From contig CAXHJY010001184.1 in NCBI GenBank assembly GCA_964016885.1, forward strand, positions 1 to 64,000: 64,000 nt of DNA. Reading direction: 5' to 3'. The translations under genes and the position numbers were made by a program. Source of the DNA: Eledone cirrhosa (Eukaryota). The notes under the pieces were generated by a model that worked only from the letters and a program-made list of their open reading frames with translations, was not told the DNA's origin and did not search any database. Shown piece by piece: positions 52,473 to 64,000 of this stretch (position 1 is its first letter; the number at the start of each line of letters is the position of its first letter).

Positions 52473-52621
52473 TAATTACATAATAAACAACACAATATAA
52501 TTATTCCACTACCGAGGGTTTCAAGAAACTAGATGATTCTTGCAAGAAACATCTAGCTCGTTCATCTGACAAAAACCTTCGGTAATTAAATAATTATATT
52601 GTGTTGTTTATTATGTAATTA
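52473..52621. repeat. Fold-back palindrome centred on a degenerate hammerhead
   Basis: Arms TAATTACATAATAAACAACACAATATAATTATT / AATAATTATATTGTGTTGTTTATTATGTAATTA. The centre on the minus strand reads CAGATGA-stem II(CTAGATG/CATCTAG)-GAAA-CCCTCG-GTA. Confidence 0.8.
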
Positions 52622-52829
52622 TATATATATATCTATATATATATCTATATATAAAGTTGGAGTCATATTTTACATTTTATCCTGCTCTTTTTAACCCAAG
52701 AATAATCATTGAAGCTAATAAGAATTATATTTGAAAATAAATAAAAGCAAAAATGTATTTTACCACGCTTATGATGATAATAATAATTATTTATTTTTAT
52801 TTTTCCATTTATCTTTTTAAGTAATAATG

Positions 52830-53600
52830 ATTTCTAGTATAGGCACAAGGCCAACAATTTTGGGGGAGGGGAAGTCGATAAAATCGCCCCCAGTGCATTA
52901 TTTGTGCTTTATTTTATCGACTCCGTAAGGATGAAAGACAAAGTTAACCTTGGCGGGATTTGAGCTCAGAACAAAGGGCCATAACTATGTTGCAAAGCAT
53001 GGCGTCCGACCCTCTACTGATACTGCCAATGGTTTCTGATTTAGGGACAAGGCCAAGAAATGTGAGGGAGGGGAAAGTCAATTAAACTTCAGTGCATTAC
53101 AGGTACTTTATTTTATCAGCCCTGTAAGGATGATAGGCAAATTACAGGACTGGAACTAGGAGTGGAACTAGGAGAATAAAGGGATGTAACTATGCTGCAA
53201 AGTATGTTGTCTGACATATACAATAGTTACGTTCCTCTATGTTCTGAGTTCAAATCCCACCATGGTTAATATCAATGATAATAATTGTTTCTACTTTTGG
53301 CACAAGGCCAGCAATTAACCAGTGCATTAGTGGTACTTTATGTTATCGACCCCGTAAGGATGAAAGACAAAGTTAACCTTGTCGGGATTTGAACTCAGAA
53401 TGGCAAGGGCCATAACTATGCGTCAAAGCATGGTGTCCGACCCTCTACCAATACTGCCAATCCACCGCCGATAATGGTTTTGATTTAGGCACAAGACTAG
53501 CAATTTTGCGGGAGGAGAAGTCAGAATGTAAAGGGAAGTATCTCTATGCTGCAAAGCATGGTGTCCAGTGTTTTACCGATTCTGCCAATCCATCACCCTC
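52830..53600 (-). mobile_element. Tandem cluster of SINE copies (mostly minus strand)
   Basis: Four to five full or partial main-family SINEs directly downstream of the protocadherin donor. Confidence 0.85.
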
Positions 53601-53676
53601 TTTAATAATAATAATTACAACAACAACAACAATGGTGATAGTTTTTTTCACAAAGAAAATGATGGTGTGATATTGG

Positions 53677-53685
53677 ACTTACCTG
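53677..53685 (-). promoter_or_regulatory. 5' splice donor ending the protocadherin exon (phase 0)
   Basis: Minus strand CAG|GTAAGT is a perfect consensus after codon Q of PTPTQ; the ORF beyond it decays into HHH/CCCC low complexity. Confidence 0.85.
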
Positions 53686-56064
53686 TGTAGGTGTTGGCAG
53701 TTTTCTGGTTAAAGTAGATGTTTTCCAATCATACTGTAATTCCTCTTCAGTGAATAGCTGACTTCTTGACCTCATCAGCTGAATATTTCTATTTCTCATT
53801 TCATCTGAATTTCCTGTTATGACAGCGGAATTGTTCGTTTGAGAGATTAAGTGTCTCTTTTCTCTAAAAGACCGATTTGATGTATCTACTGCAGTCATGT
53901 GTAAAGCATTTCTCTTGTGACATCTGACAATGCATGCTGTTATGGAAACAACAACAACAACTGATACAATAACAGATGCCAATGTTATCAGTATTACCAA
54001 ATTAACATGTATTCTGTTATCCAAAAGTATGTGTTCATTTTTCATCATTTTCAGTGTCTTATTGCTGACTATAAGTGTTAATGAAAGATTGGTAGTAGCA
54101 GATAAAACTGGGGTCCCGCTATCTCTCACAACACACTGTAGTTTATACAAGCCAGCATCGTTCTGGTAAACTGTACGAGAGAAAGACAACACGCCTGTGT
54201 ATGAGTCGATTGTGAACAAGCGTTTTTCGTTACCCTTAACAATTTCGTACTTGAAGAAAGCGTTCCTTGGACTATCTCTGTCGGAGACTTTCAAAATTGA
54301 GATGTTATTTCTACTGTTTGGATGATAGTAGACATCAAGATTGAATGGGTTCACACTGGGAAAGATGAAATGTGGTGCATTATCGTTTTCATCCATGACT
54401 TCAACAATAACATTTGCCTTATTACTTAATGATGGCTGGCCATTGTCTCTGACCCACACTTGGAACTTGTATATATCCTGTCTTTCACGATCTAGTGATT
54501 GTGTTGTGGAAATAAATCCATTATCAGTTATCTTAAAAGGAAGTGAGCCCTCGTTGGAACTTTGCAGAGAGAAAGTCAGTTGTTTTCCAAGTCCGAGATC
54601 TTCATCAGTTGCATTGATGAAACCAACAGGGAAGTTAGGTTCCTCATTCTCATAAGTAAGGAACTTAAATGTGTTTTTAGTAAACTGGGGTTGAACATCG
54701 TTGACATCCGTCACTTGGATGGAGAAAGCTCTTTCAGTTTTTTGAGGAGGGAATCCTTTATCAGAACAAATGATTATGATTTGGTAACGGTCTTCTTTTT
54801 CTCGGTCAACTGGATTTTTTACTATAATTTTATATTCTTTAGAGTTTATAGTTAAAAGCTGAAATTTGTCGTGGTGCAGATTACAACTAACTTTCCCATT
54901 CTGTCCAATATCATCATCAGTAACCATTACATATGCAATGAAACTGCTCACTCTAGTGTCCTCAGCTATTATAGCAGTGTTTTCATCTAGAGCAGAGACA
55001 AAGTTGACATCAATTTTGGGTTGATTATTTCGGTCATTAATAACATTCACTAGAACAAGAGCAATGGAACTTAAGGAAGGCTTTCCTTTGTCGGTTGCTT
55101 CAACAAAAAGCATATAACTAACTTTTTCATTGAAATCGAATTCATTACTGAGAAAAATCTCCCCAGTTATCTGATTTAAAACAAATTGATATTTGGCAAC
55201 ATCTGAAGTTTTTGAACTAAAGTGGTAAACTATTTTGCCATTTTTACCTGAGTCCAAATCATTTGCAAATAGAGTTGTCACTGGAATAGACTTTTGGTGT
55301 CTGTTTCTTATCGAAATATTATAGACATTCTGTGAAAAAACTGGGGAGTTGTCGTTTTCATCAGCAACTGCTATATAGACAGTCAAAATGCTTTGTTTAG
55401 GTGGTGATCCTCCATCTCTAGCTATAACTTCCAAAACATATTGATCTTTAGATTCTCGATCAAGTTTTTCCTCTAAGATAATTTCCAATTTACTGGTACC
55501 ATCGATTCTCTTGGAATATAATAAAGCAAATGGTTCTTCTGAACTCTTTTCAAGCTGATACGCAATCTGGGAGTTAAGAACACCCACATCTTTGTCTATG
55601 GCATTTGGAACTGAAATCTTGGTTCCTCTACCATCTCGTTCTGAGAACTGGATACTAACTTGTGTATGTGGGAATTCTGGCTGATGGTCATTAACATCAT
55701 CTATAACTATTTTTATTTTCAAAATCTTCATAAAAGTCTTTGCTTGTCGGACAGCGATTTTGATTGTTTTGAAACATTCTTTGGCGTAAGAACAAAGAGA
55801 TTCGGCATCCAATACCTGAGCTGTATAAAGCTTTCCATTTTTAGAAACATTAAACAATTGAGAGCCAGTGGTTCTACTCTGTTGTATTAAGCTAAACCAT
55901 ACCTTATTCCGGTCTTTCATTTGTACAGTGTCCAGCAGTTTTGTATTCGTAGCAATGTTTCCGATATAAGTAGATGGACTCCTGCCTTCCTCCACATGGT
56001 AAACAAGATCGACACAAAGAATTTCCGATAGGAATGAGACTAATACACAAAGTGAAAGTAGCAT
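53683..56064 (-). CDS. Protocadherin, large exon (signal peptide, EC1-EC6, TM, proximal cytoplasmic tail; 794 codons)
   Basis: ATG at 56064 begins the hydrophobic signal MLLSLCVLVSFLSEILC. EC1 has C-X5-C (LCSYAKECF). Linker motifs are DVNDHQP, DENDNSP, DVNDVQP and DENDNAP, with LDRE and A.DGG.P motifs. TM segment LVILITLASVIVSVVVVVSITACIV. Confidence 0.96.
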
Positions 56065-56111
56065 ATTCTTCTTTTCTGTTGCAGTTATAATCACAAAATG
56101 TCAAAATGATT

Positions 56112-56130
56112 CTGCAAAGAAGAAGAAAAT
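56112..56130 (-). promoter_or_regulatory. 3' splice acceptor upstream of the protocadherin start
   Basis: Minus strand ATTTTCTTCTTCTTTGCAG| lies 47 nt before the ATG, implying an upstream 5'-UTR exon. Confidence 0.7.
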
Positions 56131-56221
56131 AGATTTCTCAAAAATACAGAAAAATTTAATTAGATAAAACTATGTATATCTAGATGTATCTCTCTCTCCA
56201 CCTCCTCTCTCACCCCTCTCT

Positions 56222-56272
<51 letters not shown>

Positions 56273-56345
56273 AGCATGGAAAACAGACATAAAATATATA
56301 TATATATTTAAAAAAGGATTATTTGAAAAATGTCTTTCTAATTCA

Positions 56346-56380
<35 letters not shown>

Positions 56381-57057
56381 GTATTTATATACATACATAC
56401 AGGTATACATAATACATAAGTATGTGTCCACATCCACACACATATAATGAAACAATAACATTTCAAAATTAAATTTTTTCTCTTTTCTGAAAAGAATTTT
56501 ATTTTATTTTTATATTTAAAGACATTTCTTTTTTTTTTTGTAAAGTATCTGAAAAGTAATAAATAAAATCATGCTTCAGCAATTTTGAAAATTCTCTTAA
56601 AAATTATGATTTTCCAAGGGAAAAATTTTTCAACTATAGATTTTCTCTTAACGTCTTTTATGCGACTCCATTGAACTCTAATTGAAATCTCATTGCATCT
56701 GATTACATTAATGATAGCTATTGCTCTCTCTATCTCTCTCTTTCACACTCTCATCCTCTATTTCTTTGTCTATTCCTCTTCCTATCTCTCTCTCTCTCTC
56801 TCTATCACTCTCTGTCATGTTAATGTGAACATTCTAATATATATATATATATATATGAACAAGCCAACAACAAAAGCTACATTGAATATAAATATCAAAA
56901 CTAGATAATTATAATGGGTGAGGCACTTTTAAGATATGTATATGATTGCTCATTTAGATAGATATATTGCCACTTTCATTCTCTATACTTTACACTATTC
57001 TCATTTTCTTTATACAATTTTATCCGTATTTATTATTTTCATTATTATATTAGTTAG

Positions 57058-58320
57058 GGTAGTGGATTGGCAGTATCAGTAGAGCATCAGGCAAAGAGTT
57101 ACGTCACTTTACATTCTGAATTCAAATCCTGCCAAGGTTAGCTTTGCATTTTATCCCTACAGGGTCGATAAAATAAAGTACCAGTCATGCACTTGGGTCA
57201 ATTTAATTAACTTTCCCCTCCCCCAAATTGCTGGTCTTGTGCCTAAATCAGAAAGCATTATTATTGTTAGTAGTAGTAGTAGTAGTTTGCCAGTATCGGT
57301 AGAGCGTCAGACACCATGTTTTGCAGCATAGTTATGGCCCTTTACGTTCTGAGTTCAAATCCCGCTGAGGTTAACTTTCCTTTTCATCCTTATGGGGTCG
57401 ATAAAATAAAGTACCAGTAATGCACTGGGATAATTGCAGGCCTTGTGCCAAAAATAGAAACATTATTATTATTATAGAGGGTGGTGGATTGACAGTATCG
57501 GTAGAGTGTCAGACAACTTGCATTGCAGCATATAGTTATGACCCTTTACACTCTGAGTTCAAATCTTGCCAAGGTTAGCTTTGCCTATTATCCTTAGAGG
57601 GTTGCTAAATCAAATTAATAGTGAGACACTGGGGGTCGATTTAGTCAACTTTTCCCCTTCCCTTCAAATTGCTGGCCTTGTTCTAAAAGTAGAAACAATT
57701 ATTATATTAGTTTTTACCAGGGTGGCAGACTTGATAGAGTTTCAGCTCAATTGCCATTGCAGTATTTGTTCTGGCTCTTTACATTCCAAGTTCAAATCTT
57801 GCCAATATCAACTTTGATTTTCTTCCTTCCAGTGATCAATAAAATAATGTATTAGGGCCAATTTAAACAACTTTTCCCTCCCCTCAAGCTGCTGGCCTTG
57901 TGCCTAAATGAGAAACCTTTATTTATATTATTTTTATATTATTATGTGAGGTCAACTTTTCCTTTCATCCATTTGAGGTCAAATATGGGGGCCGATTCTT
58001 CCTCTAATTTCTTTTTCTCACTTCCTTTCTCTTCCTCTCTATCCTTCTCGGGAAGAAATCTGCTGCATTCTGACCTCGAGAGAAGAGGAACTCAGCTAGA
58101 TTTAAGAAATGCCCTAAGATGCGCTGTATATCAAAATAGTGCCCCTACAATTCCCTTGGGAGTTATGGGTCCATACCATATACACATATTATTATGGCCC
58201 TTTATGTTCTCAGTTCAAATCCCACCGAGGCCGTTAATAAAATACAGAACCAGTAATGTACTGGGTCAATGCAATCAATTTTTTCCTCCACTCAAATTGC
58301 TGGCCAAAATTGAAGTAATT
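57058..58320 (+). mobile_element. Tandem cluster of ~5 SINE copies
   Basis: Repeated tggcagtatcggtagagc...gttcaaatcc...gtcgataaaataaagtaccag units. Confidence 0.85.
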
Positions 58321-59857
58321 TTTATTTTGTTTTGTTTTTCATTAATTTACTATTCTTAAAAATTTTACAATTTTTTTATTATCACTTTTAATTTTATCAT
58401 TTAATTACTTTTTTTTATACTATTTCATTATTTTTCTTATACAATTTTATTACTTTACTTGTAGACATGTTATTAACAATGATGACAATAATATTTTCCC
58501 TTCCCTCAAAATTGTTGGCCTTATGCCTAAGTCAGAAACCAATAGTATTGAACATATTTAATTTTTGGAGTCCAGGATTAGTATGCCATATATACCAGGA
58601 TTACTGGATATATAAACAATTACAAAAACTGAGAAATTTGGGTTTTGATAAATTTATGCTCTGCATAAGAGAAACCCTACAGTTTATGTTGATTACTGAC
58701 ACATAGATATGATTAGCAATAAGAATGATGTTTTAAATAATTTATTTCTAGGATAAGTTACAAAAATGTTCAGCATGTATGTGCAAATGACATACAGGAT
58801 TAAATGTATGAGAAACTTGGAGAAATAACTATTTACAGGGATAAATGTAGGGATAAAACCTTGTGATTAGAAAGTTAATTTCTTATTGTAGTGATATGAC
58901 TGAAGTAAGAAATGCATTGCATATGTGAGTGTACATTTTAAAGAATTACAGATATATAAGTATACAAACACATGTGGTGTAATATTGTGGTTGATATTAT
59001 TTTAGTGAATGCATGTGGTTTAGTGGTCGTCCTTCATGAGTTCATTGGTTCAATTCCTGGACCCAGTGGCTCAGTGTGTTCTTGAGCAAGACATTATTTT
59101 CCAATCCTCCAACAGTTCACTCAACTGGCAAAAGAAGTTGTACATGTAATTCAAAGGACCAACCATGTTACACACTGTGTCATGCTGAATCTCCCTGAGA
59201 ATTAGGTTAATGATGCCTCTCATCCTTCTGAGGTTGTTATAAAATCAAGTACCAGGGTTGATCTAATCAATTTAGTCCCCTTTTCACAAACTGCAGGCCT
59301 TGTGTTTAAATCAGAAATCATTACTAAAGTCAGTATTCGGCTAAGGTAAACTTTATCTTTCATCTTTTTTTGAGATTAATAAAGTAAAGTACCAGTGATG
59401 TACTGGGGTTAACTTAATAAATTTACCAGATTTACCAACATTGCTGACCTTCAGTTTAAAAGTCTAAAGTCTGTCTCGAGCCTGGAGGCTCATCAGGCAG
59501 GTGCTTATCCTGGTTTCTGTGGCATTAAAGGATGTGAGAGTACAAGACTACCCCCAGGACAGGACTCCAGTCTTTTGTAGAGTTAAACTCCCAGCTACTG
59601 TTGGTATGCATTTTCAGTTGAGTATACTGGACTTTTACGAAGTGCTGAGGTGATAAAGTTTATATAAAGAATGATGTGCTCATGCACAAAGATGCTATAA
59701 ATAGCTTATAAAATTAGGGAAGACCCTTAACGATAGAAAAAGATGTTCTATTTGGCTGCTAAGAGGAATCTGGAAGATATGGGGTTTGAGTCCTTATAGT
59801 GGCTGATGGCAATTTCTTTTTCCTTCTTTAAAGGTATTTGCTCCATTTTATAAACTA

Positions 59858-60497
59858 CTAGCAGTGGTACCTGGCGTTGCACAGCATAAGGTATTTTGGA
59901 ATGCGGGCCGCCAACAGACCTAATCATGGAAAAACTGCATGCCTGGACAATATGTAAAGAAAATAAACTGAATACTCTGATAGCTGGATAATCTTTAAGA
60001 TTTTCCTCGATGAAGCAGGAAAAATGCAGGTTTTCACCTAAGGCGGATCAAGAAAATGAATTTTTTATGTGCATAATATGCCTTGAAATTTCGGGAAAAT
60101 CGGCTAGACGTAAAGTCTCAAAAAAGCCCTAAAAAGCTAAAAATATGAAGTTCTTCACCAATGAAGTTTTAATGCAGGCCCTAGGCCATAAAAAGTTGGA
60201 TTTTCTTTGCTCACGGTATGAAGAAGAGACTGACTAATGCATAGTTACAATTTCAAGGAAATTGGTCTGACGTAACGCCTCAAAAGAACCCCTAAAAAGC
60301 TGAAAAAAAAAAATGCAGTTTTTCACCTAATCTAAGAGATTAAAAATTTGAATTTTTTCATGTGCATAACACTCCCTGAAACATAAGTAATACACATGTA
60401 AAGTTTGAAAAAAGTCGGTTGGGTACTTCTCGAGTTTTAGGGATTGAAACTCACAGACACACACACAGACAGACATCCTCAGTTTTATATATATAGA
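59858..60497 (-). mobile_element. Non-autonomous Helitron-like element
   Basis: Minus-strand 5' A|TCTATATATATAAAACTGAGGATGTCTGTCTGTGTG; 3' GTGCAACGCCAGGTACCACTG-CTAG|T. Confidence 0.75.
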
Positions 60498-60549
60498 TTA
60501 TGTCACATTTTCACACATGAGCACACCATTCTATATATAGATAATAATA

Positions 60550-60960
60550 ATAATAATTTCTACTATAGGAACAAGGTCAGCAATTTTTGGGGAGGGGGAA
60601 AGTCGATTAAATCTACCCCAGTGCATTACTGGTACTTTATTTTATCGACCCAGTGAAGATGAAAGGCAAAGATGTCTAGAGTCTAAACTAAAAATCATTA
60701 TTGGCAGTATCTTGCTGAAGTCAACTTTGTTTTTCATCCTTCTGAGTTTGATGAAATAAAGTACTTGTCAAGTACTGGAGTACATTTTATATACTGACTC
60801 CCATCTCTCCAAATTTCTGTCCTTGTCCCTACATTAGAAAATATTATTTTATCTGAGGGTTAACTTTGCCTTTCATCCTTACGGGGTCGATAAAACAAAG
60901 TACCAGTAATACACTGGAATAATTGCTGGCCTTGAGCCAAAAGTAGAAACAATTATTTTA
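60550..60960. mobile_element. Partial SINE copies in both orientations
   Basis: Main-family cores at about 60550-60670 (-) and 60700-60960 (+). Confidence 0.75.
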
Positions 60961-61083
60961 TTATAATTCTTTTATTATTTCATTGTTATTTTGTATTTTT
61001 TATTTGTTTTGTGAAATATTAATTCCCTGAAGTAAGTAATTATATTTCCTTCCTTATCTCATATACAAATACATGTATACCCA

Positions 61084-61148
<65 letters not shown>

Positions 61149-61284
61149 ATTTATATATATGTACACTCACATACATTATATATATATATATACATATACT
61201 CACTCACACATGCACACACACACATATGTATTTATATATATGTACACTCACATACATTATATATATATACATATACTCACACGC

Positions 61285-61359
<75 letters not shown>

Positions 61360-61484
61360 CTTTTCTCCTACCAAGCTGCTGGAATTTTGATTAAAACTGA
61401 AATTACACACAATATTTTTTACAACATGGATGCAAAATTTCAGAGTTATCTTATCTACGTAATCAAAGGGGAAAATGTTCAATT

Positions 61485-61770
61485 AGCATGAATATATACA
61501 TGTATATATATGTATATTAGCATGTATATACATGAATATATGCATGTATATATATATGTATATAAGCATGTATATACATGGATATATGCATGTATATATA
61601 TGTATATAAGCATGTATATACATGAATATATGCATGTATATATATGTATATAAGCATGTATATACATGAATATATGCATGTATATATATGTATATAAGCA
61701 TGTATATACATGAATATATGCATGTATATATATGTATATAAGCATGTATATACATAAATATATGCATGCA
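61485..61770. repeat. 44-bp TA-rich tandem repeat (~6 copies)
   Basis: Unit gcatgtatatacatgaatatatgcatgtatatatatgtatataa. Confidence 0.85.
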
Positions 61771-62002
61771 TATACATCATCGTATCATTAAATCTGCATA
61801 TTTGTGTTTTAACTGCTGTAGTAATGAAACGTGTGTGAATATACTCATATACAAATATATGGTATATATCTGTATGTATGTGTTTGTATCTATATATAAT
61901 TTGTTTGGGTGCATGTTTGTGTGTGTGTATATATAAGTATGTATGTACATGATGTATGCGTGTATATGTATGTGTGCCAATTAATACAGCATATCCAATT
62001 AC

Positions 62003-62077
<75 letters not shown>

Positions 62078-62364
62078 TACGCACGTATATACATACATTT
62101 ATATATATATATATATATATATATCAGTACGCACGTATATACATACATTTATATATATATATATTCGGAGGGGATTCCTTTTATGTTCCTCCCTTACTTA
62201 CATCTTCATCTACAAACATACGTATAAACAAAAAAAAAAATGATTTAAAAAATGTATAGAGAGAGAGAGAGACTGTTAAGAACTCTTACAGAAAATGCTG
62301 TCAACAATTATTAGACAAAGAAAAATTTTTAAAACTTTATTTGGCAAAAGATGAAAAGGTTGAA

Positions 62365-64000
62365 ATGTTAGTGTTGGTGGTGTTGGTGTTGGTGTTGGTG
62401 GTGGTGATGTTGGTGGTGGTGATGGTGATGTTGGCGTTGGCGGTGGTGATGGTGGTGTTGGTGGTGGTGGTGTTGGTGGTGGTGATGGTGGTGTTGGTGA
62501 TGGTGGTGTTGATGGTGGTGATGTTGGTGGTGATGGTGATGATGGTAATGGTAATGATGGTTGTATTGTTGTTGATGGTGGTGGTGAAGGTAGTGATGTT
62601 GGAGGTGGTGTTGATAGTGGTGATGTTGGTGGGGGTGGTGATGGTGTTGGTGGTGTGGTGGTGAGGGTATTGGTGGTGGTGTTGGTGGTGGTGGTAGTGA
62701 TGTTGGTGGTGGTGTTGATAGTGATGTTGGTGGTGGTGGTGAGGGTATTGGTGGTGGTGTTGGTGGTGGTGGTAGTGATGTTGGTGGTGGTGTTGATAGT
62801 GATGTTGGTGGTGGTGATGGTGTTGGTGGTGATGGTGTTGGTGGTGATGATATTGGTGGTGATAGTATTGGTAGTGATGGTATTGGTGGTGGTGGTGGTA
62901 TTGGTAGTGATGGTGTTGGTGGTGATGATATTGGTGGTGATAGTATTGGTGGTGATGGTATTGGTGGTGATGGTATTGGTGGTGATGGTATTGGTGGTGA
63001 TGGTATTGGTGGTGATGGTGTTGGTGGTGATGGTATTGGTGGTGATGGTATTGGTGGTGATGGTATTGGTGGTGATGGTATTGGTGGTGATGGTGTTGGT
63101 GGTGATGGTGTTGGTGGTGATGGTATTGGTGGTGATGGTATTGATGGTGTTGGTGGTGATGGTGTTGGTGGTGATGGTGTTGGTGGTGATGGTATTGGTG
63201 TTGGTGGTGATGGTGTTGGTGGTGATGGTATTGGTGGTGATAGTATTGGTGGTGATGGTATTGGTGGTGATAGTATTGGTGGTGATGGTATTGGTGGTGA
63301 TGGTATTGGTGGTGATGGTGTTGGTGGTGATGGTGTTGGTGGTGATGGTGTTGGTGGTGATGGTATTGGTGGTGATGGTGTTGGTGGTGATGGTGTTGGT
63401 GGTGATGGCATTGGTGGTGATGGTGTTGGTGGTGATGGTGTTGGTGGTGATGGTATTGGTGGTGATGGTGTTGGTGGTGATGGTGTTGGTGGTGATGGTA
63501 TTGGTGGTGGTGGTGTTGGTGGTGATGGTGTTGGTGGTGATGGTATTGGTGGTGGTGGTATTGGTAGTGATGGTATTGGTGGTGGTGGTGTTGGTGGTGA
63601 TGGTATTGGTGGTGGTGGTGTTGGTGGTGATGGTGTTGGTGGTGATGGTATTGGTGGTGATGGTATTGGTGGTGATGGTATTGGTGGTGATGGTGTTGGT
63701 GGTGATGGTGTTGGTGGTGATGGTGTTGGTGGTGATGGTATTGGTGGTGATGGTATTGGTGGTGATGGTATTGGTGGTGGTGGTATTGGTAGTGATGGTA
63801 TTGGTGGTGGTGGTGTTGGTGGTGATGGTATTGGTGGTGGTGGTGTTGGTGGTGATGGTGTTGGTGGTGATGGTATTGGTGGTGATGGTGTTGGTGGTGA
63901 TGGTGTTGGTAGTGATGGTGTTGGTGGTGATGGTGTTGGTGGTGATGGTATTGGTGGTGGTGGTGTTGGTGGTGATGGTATTGGTGGTGATGGTATTGGT
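62365..64000. repeat. (GGT/GAT) microsatellite grading into a 15-bp minisatellite ggtgatggtRttggt
   Basis: Directly visible; runs to the window end. Confidence 0.95.

Noticed and set aside
53602-53682. C-terminal VSPISHHHFLCEKNYHHCCCCCNYYY as a genuine protocadherin tail
   Set aside because: It follows a perfect splice donor and is low-complexity, so it is most likely intron read-through.
56065-56094. GTG start of the 830-aa ORF
   Set aside because: The gene is eukaryotic, and the ATG at 56064 directly begins the signal peptide.
62368-63411. 347-aa Pro-rich 'extensin-like' ORF (PSPPI repeats)
   Set aside because: It is the translation of a 15-bp GGT/GAT minisatellite, with no signal peptide or unique sequence.

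Overview
AT-rich, microsatellite-dense eukaryotic DNA, most likely from a coleoid cephalopod (Octopus-like); this is inferred from the protocadherin type and the repeat landscape. The only convincing host gene is a large minus-strand protocadherin exon (signal peptide, 6 cadherin repeats, TM, short cytoplasmic tail; 56064-53683). It is bounded by a splice acceptor (56112) and a canonical phase-0 donor (53683). The rest is repeats: RTE-type LINE fragments, a DD37D/maT transposon, mariner/Tc1, pogo-like and piggyBac-like MITEs, a cluster of non-autonomous Helitrons, many tRNA-derived SINE copies, a Penelope-like GIY-YIG remnant and tandem repeats. The most striking non-coding signal is a series of minimal type-I hammerhead-ribozyme motifs (CUGANGA...GAAA...NUH). 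Two look intact (17701-17786 +, 51176-51236 -), one pair lies in ~285-bp inverted repeats, and several others sit at the centre of fold-back palindromes. This suggests a Penelope/retrozyme-like non-coding system, much of it in sense orientation downstream of the protocadherin donor. Almost all ORFs in the supplied track are microsatellite artefacts. All calls were made by eye, with no searches run.
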